Source: Candidatus Electrothrix yaqonensis (GTDB lineage: Bacteria > Desulfobacterota > Desulfobulbia > Desulfobulbales > Desulfobulbaceae). Taken from it: a DNA stretch of 32,000 nt. A model generated the notes under the pieces. That model was not told where the DNA came from. It worked only from the letters and a program-made list of their open reading frames with translations, and made no database searches. Positions within the stretch are counted from its first letter, which is position 1. Every line of letters starts with the position of its first letter. The stretch is from positions 2,730,001-2,762,000 of the forward strand of contig CP178758.1 in the NCBI GenBank assembly GCA_047651235.1. The letters run 5' to 3'. The translations under genes and the position numbers were made by a program. This document shows positions 7,752 through 15,906 of the stretch, in pieces.

Positions 7752-8148
7752 ATATCAGTTGGTTATAAAAGACAATTAGGAGTTGAAAGTTGCTGTCAGC
7801 ATCAGCATGGTAAGTGTGATCGATTCTTCAGAAATTCTCTGGAATCCCAAGACCAGTCTGACTACTGTTTTCACGGTATCAAAAGAACCATGCTGCCTCG
7901 AAAAAGTAAACAGAAATCCGCTGTTGTGAGAGAAAAAGGAGTCCTCGACCAAAGTGGACTGCTTGAGGAATTCAGACACGGATCTGATAGGTGAACAGAC
8001 CGTTCAGGTTCTGCAGAAGCTGATTGCGCGGGTGGTTGCAGCTCGGTCTGCGATGTTTCAGTGAGATTGAGATAATCCGGCAGGGTGCAATGGCCGCAAC
8101 GAGATCAGGAAGTTTTCTTTTTAACAGCAGCCTGATCCGGTGCATAAA

Positions 8149-9813
8149 TCATTTTTCTGCATCAAGGCTGTACGTAAGTTCTCTGACCCTATACTGTGGC
8201 GGTTCTCCGGTCAGTAAAAAGGTGATGGAGCCTGTGCTGGCAACGCGCCTGGACGGGGAATAGGTCAGCAGCACCTTGAAGCGCCCTGTGACAGCGACGT
8301 CTTTTCCTTTCAGGTCGGTTGTCACCAGAGTGATATCGTAATCAATGGACTGAACAGAGTTGAAGAGCCGGGTGTATTTTTTGCGCATTGCAGAAAACCG
8401 CGTACCGTTCTCCTGTGCATCGGGGGTAAAGAATGCGGCGAATTTCCGTATCTCCCTGCTTGTATAAGCAGTTGTATAGCGGGAGAAGAATCCTTGTAAA
8501 TCCTGTAAAGAGGGTGTGGACGGGACCGTTGTTTTTCGGGAGACGGCTTTGTCCTCATTATCTTCAATAACCTTCTTTTTCTGAATCTTTTTTCTCGTAG
8601 GCAGTATAACGGCCTTCCGATATTTGGCACCGGCAAAAGGCGATTTCCTTTCCTGCTCTTTGTCCGACTGAGCAGGGACAGATTGTATATTTTCTGTTTC
8701 TTTTTCCGGCCGGGGTTGTTTCTCGGCAGAAGCAGCATCGGTAGCTACGGGAGCTGGTTGCCGCTCATCATCCGCCGGACCAGCTGACGGGAGTTGAACA
8801 GCTTTCTCCTGCACATCGGCTGGTTCGGGTAATTCGGGTGATTCCTGTGGCAGGACATCATAGGACACCGTTGATGCAGAGGAACTGGAACTGTCTTGGT
8901 CTATTTTTTTATACGGCGTTTCCGGTTGCTGTCGGGGTGGTGCTGCTGCAACAAATAGGGGAAGCGGCTCGGCTGCTTTAGTCTGCGGTGTGAGTGCCAG
9001 CATATCTTCCTCCCATTTTTCGTGGGCTTGGGAAGAATGGGAGATTGTTTCCGGCTGTGCTGTGGTGTCGTGTTGTACAGTCTGCGGGGTCGGAGCGGCG
9101 GGTGGCTGTATCTGCTGTCCAGCAGGTTTGGCCGGAAGAACCGGAAGAGTTTCTTTATCCTTAGAGTTAGAGGACGGGGGAGAGAAACTGTCAGAATCAA
9201 GTCGACTGAGGTTGTTCAGCATTGCCTGTTTCTGATAGAAGAGAGAAACGGCAATGATGAGGACCAAAAACGCCCCTGCAAACAGAGAGGCCAGGTAGAT
9301 GTATCTGTTTTTTCCTTCTTTCTTTGCAGGTTGCCTTTTTTTTTTATGCCGCCAGACAGTCGGGCGGGCCGCTTTGTCACCCGCTGTTGCCGGACGATTC
9401 ATTATGCTTTGGTAGGCCCTGCTGATTTCAATAAATTTTGCTGTATTTTCTTTACCGGAGGTGTCAGGATGATATTTTATGCTGAGCTGACGGAATGCCT
9501 GCTTCACCTGCGCACGGTCTGCATCGGCATCAAGTCCGAGAATCTGATATTCTTTACTGACATTTTTCTGCGGCGCGAAAATACTCAATATCTGCTGCAG
9601 TTCCAGGGAAAGCAGATCAACAGAAAGATGATGACTGCGGCAGAACAGATCCAGCTCCCGAAGTTCCTGTTTGTTTTTCCGCGCTATTTTCCTCCGCAAG
9701 TCTGTGCAGACTTTGGTCATTGCGTCATCTTCCGCAATAAACAGAATCAGTTCCTCCGTGGAAGGACGGGAAGCTATCTTTACGATAAGATGTTGTTCGT
9801 CGGCCAGCATCAT
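8149..9813 (-). CDS. J-domain (DnaJ-like) membrane protein with a Pro/Gln-rich linker and an NTF2/SnoaL-like C-terminal domain
   Basis: 554 aa. J-domain YQILGLDADADRAQVKQAFRQLSIKYHPDTSG...ISRAYQSI (HPD present). One TM segment (YIYLASLFAGAFLVLIIAVSLFY). A long low-complexity P/Q/S/E region. The C-terminal LQGFFSRYTTAYTSREIRKFAAFFTPDA...VTGRFKVLL reads as an NTF2-like fold, which is inference. The start overlaps the upstream stop (ATGA-type, 9810-9813). Confidence 0.7.
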   Translation of the reverse strand: MMLADEQHLIVKIASRPSTEELILFIAEDDAMTKVCTDLRRKIARKNKQELRELDLFCRSHHLSVDLLSLELQQILSIFAPQKNVSKEYQILGLDADADRAQVKQAFRQLSIKYHPDTSGKENTAKFIEISRAYQSIMNRPATAGDKAARPTVWRHKKKRQPAKKEGKNRYIYLASLFAGAFLVLIIAVSLFYQKQAMLNNLSRLDSDSFSPPSSNSKDKETLPVLPAKPAGQQIQPPAAPTPQTVQHDTTAQPETISHSSQAHEKWEEDMLALTPQTKAAEPLPLFVAAAPPRQQPETPYKKIDQDSSSSSASTVSYDVLPQESPELPEPADVQEKAVQLPSAGPADDERQPAPVATDAASAEKQPRPEKETENIQSVPAQSDKEQERKSPFAGAKYRKAVILPTRKKIQKKKVIEDNEDKAVSRKTTVPSTPSLQDLQGFFSRYTTAYTSREIRKFAAFFTPDAQENGTRFSAMRKKYTRLFNSVQSIDYDITLVTTDLKGKDVAVTGRFKVLLTYSPSRRVASTGSITFLLTGEPPQYRVRELTYSLDAEK

Positions 9814-11042
9814 TGAAGACTATCCTGCACAGGAGGAGGAGCGGTTGTTTCCTGCAGAGAAAAGTTAGTGAGCCACAGGTCACCGCTGATGAGATTGTCA
9901 ATATTTCTGCTTGGACGGCGGCGCACCAGAACCATTACGCCCTGTCCGCATTCTTCAGGTACTGTAAAGGGAAGAGTGAACCGTGTCCAGTCCTGATCTG
10001 CCTGCACCATATCTGTATCAGAACGCAACTCGCAGTCCCTTCCGAGAACCTCGATGAACGGCTTCTGGTCTGTTGTCAAGGCATGGCTCCGCAGTTCACC
10101 GGAAAGAATGAAATGCCTGCCGGGCGGCAAGGGAATGATCTGCCTGACATGATAATAACTAATATTTTCTGCACCGTTGAAACGGATATGCATTGCTGAT
10201 GTCTCTCCTGCCTGCCCGGTGGAATCTGCCTCAACTTCCTCAATCTTCCAGATCCTCCAACCAAATCCTCCCCTGACAAGAGGGGGGGTAAATGTTCCGT
10301 TATACAGAAGATTACCGTCGGGCCACGGGAAGTATTCTTTCCAGGCGGCAGCCGCTGTATCAATCTGTTTTTCGTTGATCAGCAGACTTATATATCGAAC
10401 TATCTGCTGCTGGTCAAGATCTGCAGGGCGTATTCTGTCCCACAGAAAAGATGCTGTTTCGACTTTCTGTGAGAGTACAGCATGATGAAACAGAGGAAGA
10501 ATGTTCTCCTGCCCCATTCCGCGCAGCAAGTCTTCCGGGTCGGACCAGAGGGAAAACGAAAAATTGATGATTTTTTTTCTGGTTGCCCGGCTGGTCTGTT
10601 CCTGCTGCAGCAACCAAGCGATATCCGTTTTCAGGATATCCTGCCGCCCCAGAAGATAGGCCAGCATTGCCTTTTCCCAGCGCCAGCGGATGACGTCCTG
10701 CATCAGGTCATCAAGATATTCCAGTATCTCCGCAGCACGGTCGGCATTACCGCTGTCATTTTCCAGTTCAGCCAGAGCCAGCCAGGCCGGGATGTACAGC
10801 GGGTTGGCCAGCAGAGCTTTCTGCAGCCATTCTTTTCCTTCCTGCTGATCACCTGTCAGAATCGCCTGTTTACCGTACATGACCAGCAGACCGGGATCCC
10901 GCTGATATTTGCGTATAGTTTTATTCGCGGAAATATTGCTGCTGTACACAGTCTGTGCAACTGTGGCAATACGCACCTCAAGAAAAGTCAGGATAACAAG
11001 TCCTATAAAAAGGAGGATGCGCAGAAGATATCCGGGCAGCAT
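9810..11042 (-). CDS. TPR-repeat protein with an N-terminal membrane anchor and a C-terminal beta-sandwich (carbohydrate-binding-module-like) domain
   Basis: 410 aa. N-terminal hydrophobic segment LLRILLFIGLVILTFL. TPR-like helices (EGKEWLQKALLANPLYIPAWLALAELENDSGNADRAAEILEYL). The C-terminal 150 aa are rich in beta-strand pattern (FGWRIWKIEE...WTRFTLPFTVPEE...DLWLTNFSL). Confidence 0.6.
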   Translation of the reverse strand: MLPGYLLRILLFIGLVILTFLEVRIATVAQTVYSSNISANKTIRKYQRDPGLLVMYGKQAILTGDQQEGKEWLQKALLANPLYIPAWLALAELENDSGNADRAAEILEYLDDLMQDVIRWRWEKAMLAYLLGRQDILKTDIAWLLQQEQTSRATRKKIINFSFSLWSDPEDLLRGMGQENILPLFHHAVLSQKVETASFLWDRIRPADLDQQQIVRYISLLINEKQIDTAAAAWKEYFPWPDGNLLYNGTFTPPLVRGGFGWRIWKIEEVEADSTGQAGETSAMHIRFNGAENISYYHVRQIIPLPPGRHFILSGELRSHALTTDQKPFIEVLGRDCELRSDTDMVQADQDWTRFTLPFTVPEECGQGVMVLVRRRPSRNIDNLISGDLWLTNFSLQETTAPPPVQDSLQ

Positions 11043-11085
11043 GACTGATTACCAAACAAAGGTATAGCCGGATAACGAAGCTGAT

Positions 11086-13398
11086 TTATCCATCTCTTCG
11101 GGATTCACCGTAGTTGTAGTCATATTTGTAGGCGTAATAACTACTGTATTTGCTGTATGCGCCGTACCCCTTCTGCTGCCCTGTTTTGTTGATAAGGGCG
11201 CCGAGTATTTTGCCGTTGACATTCAGGACAGAACGTCGGAAATGTTTTACTCCATCCCGCGGCGTATCTCCCTCAACAGTGACCAGAATAAGGCCGTCAA
11301 CCATATTGGCCAGCACCAGAATTTCAGCAAATCCCTGGAAGGGCGGCGCATCAAGAATAATATGGCTGTAATGTTCGCTGACATTTTTCAGCAGCTCCCG
11401 CATCCTGTTGGATGCGATCAGTTCCGCCGGATTAGGGGGCAGAGGGCCGCTGGAGATATAATCCAGCCCTTTATAGTCTGTCTTCTGAATAACATCTTTC
11501 AGACTGCTGATGCCGCTGAGCACGCTGGAAAGCCCTTCTCCTTTCCGTTCCGCATCAAAAACATGATGGAGGCTCGGCTTTCTGAGATCAACATCAATGA
11601 TCAGGCATTTTTCCCCGGTTGACAGATAGGAGAGCACTGTATTGGTGGACAGAGAGCTCTTTCCGGCCCCGGCCAGGATGCTGGTGACCAGAATGGTTTT
11701 CGGCGGGTGTCCGGCAGCGGAGAGATCAATGGATGTAATGGCCGTGCGGACCGATTCGGCAACCGGAGAACGGGGATCAGTATATGATTTCAGGGCCATA
11801 TCCCTCCGTCTGTGTTCGCATTCCTTATCAAAGGGGATAAGGCCCAGCACCGGGATATGGAAGCGGCTGATCAATTCTTCCGGATTCTTGACCGTATCAT
11901 CAAGATATTCGACCAGGAATGCCACTCCGACACCGCTGAACAGGCCCAACAGCAGACCCAGCAGCAGGTCGCGGGCGACTCTGGGTTTTGAGGGATATAA
12001 CGGAACCCTGGCCCGATCTATAATATTGATATTGGTAACAGCGGCGCCGAGAGTAGCCTCGATTTCCTTTGCCCGCTGCAGCAGACTTTCATAAACGGTT
12101 TTATTGGTTTCTGTTTCCCGCAGCAGTATTTTGTACTGGGTAGCCCTGTCATTCAGCTCAATGGCGCGCTGTTTTTGCTCTTCCGCCTTGACCTCCAGAT
12201 ATTCCTGTTTTTTCAGCGCTGCTTCGTAATCATTTTTGATGGATTCAACAATAAATTGTTTTTCTTCCCGGATACGCTGTTTAATGTCATTTATCTTGGC
12301 CTGTAGCTGCCGCATCTTGGGATATGCGGGTTTGAATGTGGTGGACAGATCCTGGTATTCCGCTGTCAGCAGTGAATACTCACCTTTCAGTTGTTTAATC
12401 AGATCATCCTGAAGGATCTGCGGCAGATTCTGATTGTCTTTGCTGATGGCCTCCTGATACAGGGATTCCTTGCTGATACGTTCAGCACGGGCCTTGGCAA
12501 GGGCGTCATTCAGTTCCTCCAGCTGTCGCATGATCAGATTGAGTTTCGGGTCCAGAGAGACCAGACCGGCCTGACGGGAAAAATTATTGAGTTCTTTTTC
12601 CGACTGCTCAAGTTTTATCTGGGCAGCCTGTATCTGTTTTTCCAGAAATTGGGCAGCGTTTCTGGATGAGTCCATATTGGTATCCATGTGCATCTGGATA
12701 AACTCATCCATCGCTGTATTGACTAGTGCAGCAGACAGTTGTGCATCCGGGGATTCAAAGCTGAGTTCGATCAATTCGCTGTTGCGTATCGGGTTTATTT
12801 TCAACCCATCCTGCAGTTTTTCAACAATCTCTTCGGTAAGTAAACGTTTTTTTCCTTCCTCATGCAGAGTATTGTCCACTTCAGAGCTAAAACGGATAAA
12901 GTTGCGGATAGAGGCCAAGCCGAGCCGGACCAAGCCAGCAAAAGATGCGTCTTCTCCCTGACCTGCCTGTATTTCCTCATTAAAAAAAGGTTGGTTCTCC
13001 AAGTCAAGTTTTTTGATAAGACGTATTGAGAGCTGTTCACTTTCCAACAGATTCACCTGCGTCTGTTGGAATTCTATGGATTTGAGGGCGTCTATCTGGA
13101 GATCTTCAAAACTGGTCACCTTGCTCTGAGCAGCAGACGCTTTCAGAGTGCCCTTTCCTTCAAACAAAGGGGTACGGGTCAGGGTGAACATTGCTGTTGC
13201 AGAAAAGATGAAGAGGAGAGACGTGATGATAACCCATTTTCGACGGATAACGACATCAATATAGTCCCGCAGATGGATTTCTTCATCCTCCAGCCGGGCG
13301 ACTGTTTCCTGATAGTCAACCGAAGGCAGATTCCGGCTGTCAGAGGCGGAACCTACTATAATTTGCCGTTCCGTATCGTTCGGGCGCGGTTGGTCCAT
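11086..13398 (-). CDS. Polysaccharide co-polymerase / bacterial tyrosine autokinase (Wzc/EpsG/GumC-type BY-kinase)
   Basis: 770 aa. Wzz-like N-terminal domain with a TM segment (WVIITSLLFIFSATAMF). Long coiled-coil periplasmic region and a second TM. Kinase Walker A ILVTSILAGAGKSSLSTN, Walker A' IIDVDLRKP, Walker B IILDAPP. C-terminal Tyr cluster GYGAYSKYSSYYAYKYDYNYG. Confidence 0.9.
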   Translation of the reverse strand: MDQPRPNDTERQIIVGSASDSRNLPSVDYQETVARLEDEEIHLRDYIDVVIRRKWVIITSLLFIFSATAMFTLTRTPLFEGKGTLKASAAQSKVTSFEDLQIDALKSIEFQQTQVNLLESEQLSIRLIKKLDLENQPFFNEEIQAGQGEDASFAGLVRLGLASIRNFIRFSSEVDNTLHEEGKKRLLTEEIVEKLQDGLKINPIRNSELIELSFESPDAQLSAALVNTAMDEFIQMHMDTNMDSSRNAAQFLEKQIQAAQIKLEQSEKELNNFSRQAGLVSLDPKLNLIMRQLEELNDALAKARAERISKESLYQEAISKDNQNLPQILQDDLIKQLKGEYSLLTAEYQDLSTTFKPAYPKMRQLQAKINDIKQRIREEKQFIVESIKNDYEAALKKQEYLEVKAEEQKQRAIELNDRATQYKILLRETETNKTVYESLLQRAKEIEATLGAAVTNINIIDRARVPLYPSKPRVARDLLLGLLLGLFSGVGVAFLVEYLDDTVKNPEELISRFHIPVLGLIPFDKECEHRRRDMALKSYTDPRSPVAESVRTAITSIDLSAAGHPPKTILVTSILAGAGKSSLSTNTVLSYLSTGEKCLIIDVDLRKPSLHHVFDAERKGEGLSSVLSGISSLKDVIQKTDYKGLDYISSGPLPPNPAELIASNRMRELLKNVSEHYSHIILDAPPFQGFAEILVLANMVDGLILVTVEGDTPRDGVKHFRRSVLNVNGKILGALINKTGQQKGYGAYSKYSSYYAYKYDYNYGESRRDG

Positions 13399-13498
13399 AA
13401 TTTTTTAATGTATCCTGATAAGTAATTCTGATAAATTCAGCATGATGAACCATATGGCAGAAACGCTGAGTTTTACCGGCAGGTACTGTAAAGAAGCA

Positions 13499-14311
13499 CT
13501 ATAAGCGCGCCGGATGCGTATAACATACCGCTTTTACTGTTTCCGTACCAAGGATTTTGTTCAGTTGCCGGTATTCTTTTTTCCCCGGCGGCGGACGTCG
13601 GACTGCATCATGCGCATCTGAAGCGACAAAGTGAATGCAGTTGTGTCGGGCAAGCCAAAGGGCGGTTTCTGCGCTCTGCTGCCCGAATTTCCCTAACATG
13701 CTGCCTGCGTTGACCTGCAGCATGATGCCCTGTTCAACCAGTTCTTTCAGCAAATCGACGTTCTTCTTTAGGAAGGGATTACGCTCCGGGTGTGCCAGAA
13801 TAACATTGCACCCGGTATCTTTAAAGGCCAGCAGAACGTCTGTCAGGTTATCCCGAAAGTCCTGAAAAGGCGGTTCCAATAAATATAGCTGGAGCAGTAT
13901 AAACTGAATACAGGATCAGCTATCTGAAAGGCGTGAAGGCAAAACTTATGCCTCTTGTGGGCATATTCAAATTATGTTGCTCCAGCTATAACAGTTACTT
14001 TGTCCCAACGGCAGCAGCTCATTTCGGTTCAGTTCTTTCAGCAGATGCGGATGAAGAGAGATTTCCATGCCGGGATGCACGGAAAGAGGAATATTTTTCT
14101 GCTGCAGAACCTGCTGCAGTTCGTTCACCTGCTGCCGGATTTGCCGGACAGAAGCAGACCAGGCGGTTCCGAGAATATGGTGCGGAGTGGCGAAAACCTG
14201 GGTAACACCTCCGGCAACAAGGGCACGGGCCAGTGCCATGCTTTGGCCGATATTCTTCGGGCCGTCATCAATGCCGGGCAGAATATGACAGTGGATATCA
14301 ATAAAGGGCAT
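13499..14311 (-). pseudogene. CpsB/YwqE-type (PHP-family) protein-tyrosine phosphatase, interrupted by a 103-bp insertion
   Basis: The N-terminal fragment (ORF 13967..14329, likely ATG 14311) starts MPFIDIHCHILPGIDDGPK...ATPHH. The C-terminal fragment (ORF 13499..13879) reads ...NVILAHPERN...FVASDAH. Both fragments are in the same frame. Deleting 105 bp (element plus one TA) gives ...LPLGQSNCYLLEPPFQDF... and a protein of about 240 aa, normal for this family. As it stands a TGA at 13967-13969 terminates the N-terminal part. Confidence 0.8.
13886..13988. mobile_element. MITE-like 103-bp insertion with 11-bp perfect terminal inverted repeats and a TA target-site duplication
   Basis: Plus-strand reading: TA (13884-13885) | TAGCTGGAGCA (13886-13896) ... 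81 bp ... TGCTCCAGCTA (13978-13988) | TA (13989-13990). No coding capacity. Excision restores the phosphatase reading frame. TA duplication is the hallmark of IS630/Tc1-mariner-type elements (established knowledge). Confidence 0.65.
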
Positions 14312-14337
14312 ATCGGTTGTTTGTATCAAACAGAGTT

Positions 14338-15906
14338 TTACCTGCCGGAGGATGATGGGTGTCTTTTGTGCCTTTTGTGGAGGTCTGCGGAGTTCAGTTG
14401 CTGATCATCTCGTTTTCGGGTTACGGCAGGCCGGAGGCGTGAAGTATGACGATAATGATGACTCTGCTGAGGCTGAGGACGGGTGCCGTGAACAAGCAGA
14501 ACAAGCAATGTGGTGAAGTAGAGTAAATTTACCGGAAGACGCCAGCCGAAATCTGCTGTTCCGTGAAAAAGGAAGCCGATAATTCCGGCAAAAGCGACAA
14601 GAGCAATAATTGTGGCTGAACGAAGTTGAGGTAATTTTTTTGTTGAATAAGAGCAGAGATGTCGAGCATACCCGGCAAGAATTATAAAAAAACTGCAGAA
14701 AAAAAACAAGGCGGCCGGGAGTCCGAACTCAATGGCGAACTCCAGATAGTCATTATGTGCCCGATCAAAGATGATCTGTTCGGGAAATTGCTTCAGATAG
14801 ACAGAAGAAAGTGATTCATAGGCTCCGACTCCGATGCCGACCGCCAGATGATCGGAGAGCATGGTCAGGCTGGACAGCCAAATACGAAAACGTCCCTGCC
14901 CGGATTCCTGGATACGCATGAACCGCTCAACCACGGAGGAAAAATCGATAAAAGAACCGTACAGCACAACGAACAGCAGAAGAACTCCGGTCAGACGGAG
15001 TTTGTTTTTTTTGCTGACAGGCAGAGCGACCAGCAGCAGAAGCAGGATAATTGCCATGGAAATGATACCTCCTCTGGACTGGGAGAATACCACGGCCATC
15101 ATAATAAACGAGGCAAGGAAAAGAAAAACAGTTCCACGCAGTCGGCGACTTGCAATATATTCTTCTTCTGACCGGCTCCGCTTCCGTTTGCTTGTATGTT
15201 GTGATTTTTTACGATGTGATCGGGATTGCGAAGGCCGGATTCTGAAGTGCAGCAGGGCTGCTCCGACAGCAAGAGGCCAGCACATATTGAGCAGAGAAGC
15301 ATACTGATTTTTATAAATAATAGTTCCCCGGGCCATTCCTTTGAATTGTGTAATGTCCGTCAGCCATAACACGCCGAGTTCAGGGTTGATCGCCTGAAGC
15401 ATACCATACACTGCTTCCAGCAGACCGATTCCTATACAGGCATACAGGATTCTCTGCAGCAGGGAGCGGTCTGCTGCCAGCAGAACCTTGAGTGCAGTGC
15501 CATAAAGGAACAGAGCAAAGAGAAAAATTGCCGTCATGATCGCGGCGGAGCTGTTATATGCCAGAGGAGCCCGGACTATCTGCATCTCCGCCAGCTGATT
15601 GACATGCTGAAGGTAGGCAGCCCGTATAGGGGATATGGATTCTAGCAGACTGAGGGGCAGGGGAATGATGCTGCAGATAATCCAGGTGATCAGCACAAAC
15701 AGCACAATAGTCCGACGGGAAAATAGACTGTTTCCAGGCAGTACCCTGCTGTTGAGGAGCAGCCATCCGCCTATGATTATAAGGATAAACGACGTATATG
15801 CACCGATAACAACGGGATGCACTGCGCCGAAGAGCACAGGCATGGTTGTGAGCAGGAAAAGAACAGAAAAATGGGCTGTTTTTTGGAGTTTCAGACCGCG
15901 ATTCAC
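14338..15906 (-). CDS. O-antigen ligase/polymerase-like (Wzy_C family) polytopic membrane protein
   Basis: 522 aa with at least 10 hydrophobic helices. Family-typical QSRGGIISMAIILLLLL and AHNDYLEFAIEFGLP motifs. His/Arg-rich hydrophilic tail. The GTG start overlaps the Wza-like stop (15903-15906); a later start is possible. Confidence 0.7.
   Translation of the reverse strand: MNRGLKLQKTAHFSVLFLLTTMPVLFGAVHPVVIGAYTSFILIIIGGWLLLNSRVLPGNSLFSRRTIVLFVLITWIICSIIPLPLSLLESISPIRAAYLQHVNQLAEMQIVRAPLAYNSSAAIMTAIFLFALFLYGTALKVLLAADRSLLQRILYACIGIGLLEAVYGMLQAINPELGVLWLTDITQFKGMARGTIIYKNQYASLLNMCWPLAVGAALLHFRIRPSQSRSHRKKSQHTSKRKRSRSEEEYIASRRLRGTVFLFLASFIMMAVVFSQSRGGIISMAIILLLLLVALPVSKKNKLRLTGVLLLFVVLYGSFIDFSSVVERFMRIQESGQGRFRIWLSSLTMLSDHLAVGIGVGAYESLSSVYLKQFPEQIIFDRAHNDYLEFAIEFGLPAALFFFCSFFIILAGYARHLCSYSTKKLPQLRSATIIALVAFAGIIGFLFHGTADFGWRLPVNLLYFTTLLVLLVHGTRPQPQQSHHYRHTSRLRPAVTRKRDDQQLNSADLHKRHKRHPSSSGR

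Noticed and set aside
7776-7979. 67-aa minus-strand ORF (GTG start) in the island junction, considered as a transposase or integrase remnant
   Set aside because: No Shine-Dalgarno and no recognisable catalytic motif. It is too short to call without a database search.
9022-9816. 264-aa plus-strand ORF antisense to the J-domain gene
   Set aside because: Cys/Arg/Phe-rich shadow-ORF composition. The opposite strand encodes a clear J-domain with HPD.
13884-13990. The inverted repeats in the phosphatase gene as a site-specific invertible (phase-variation) switch
   Set aside because: Inverting the segment in silico still gives an in-frame stop (…AGC AGT ATA AAC TGA). Neither orientation yields an intact gene, so an insertion with TA duplication explains the data better.
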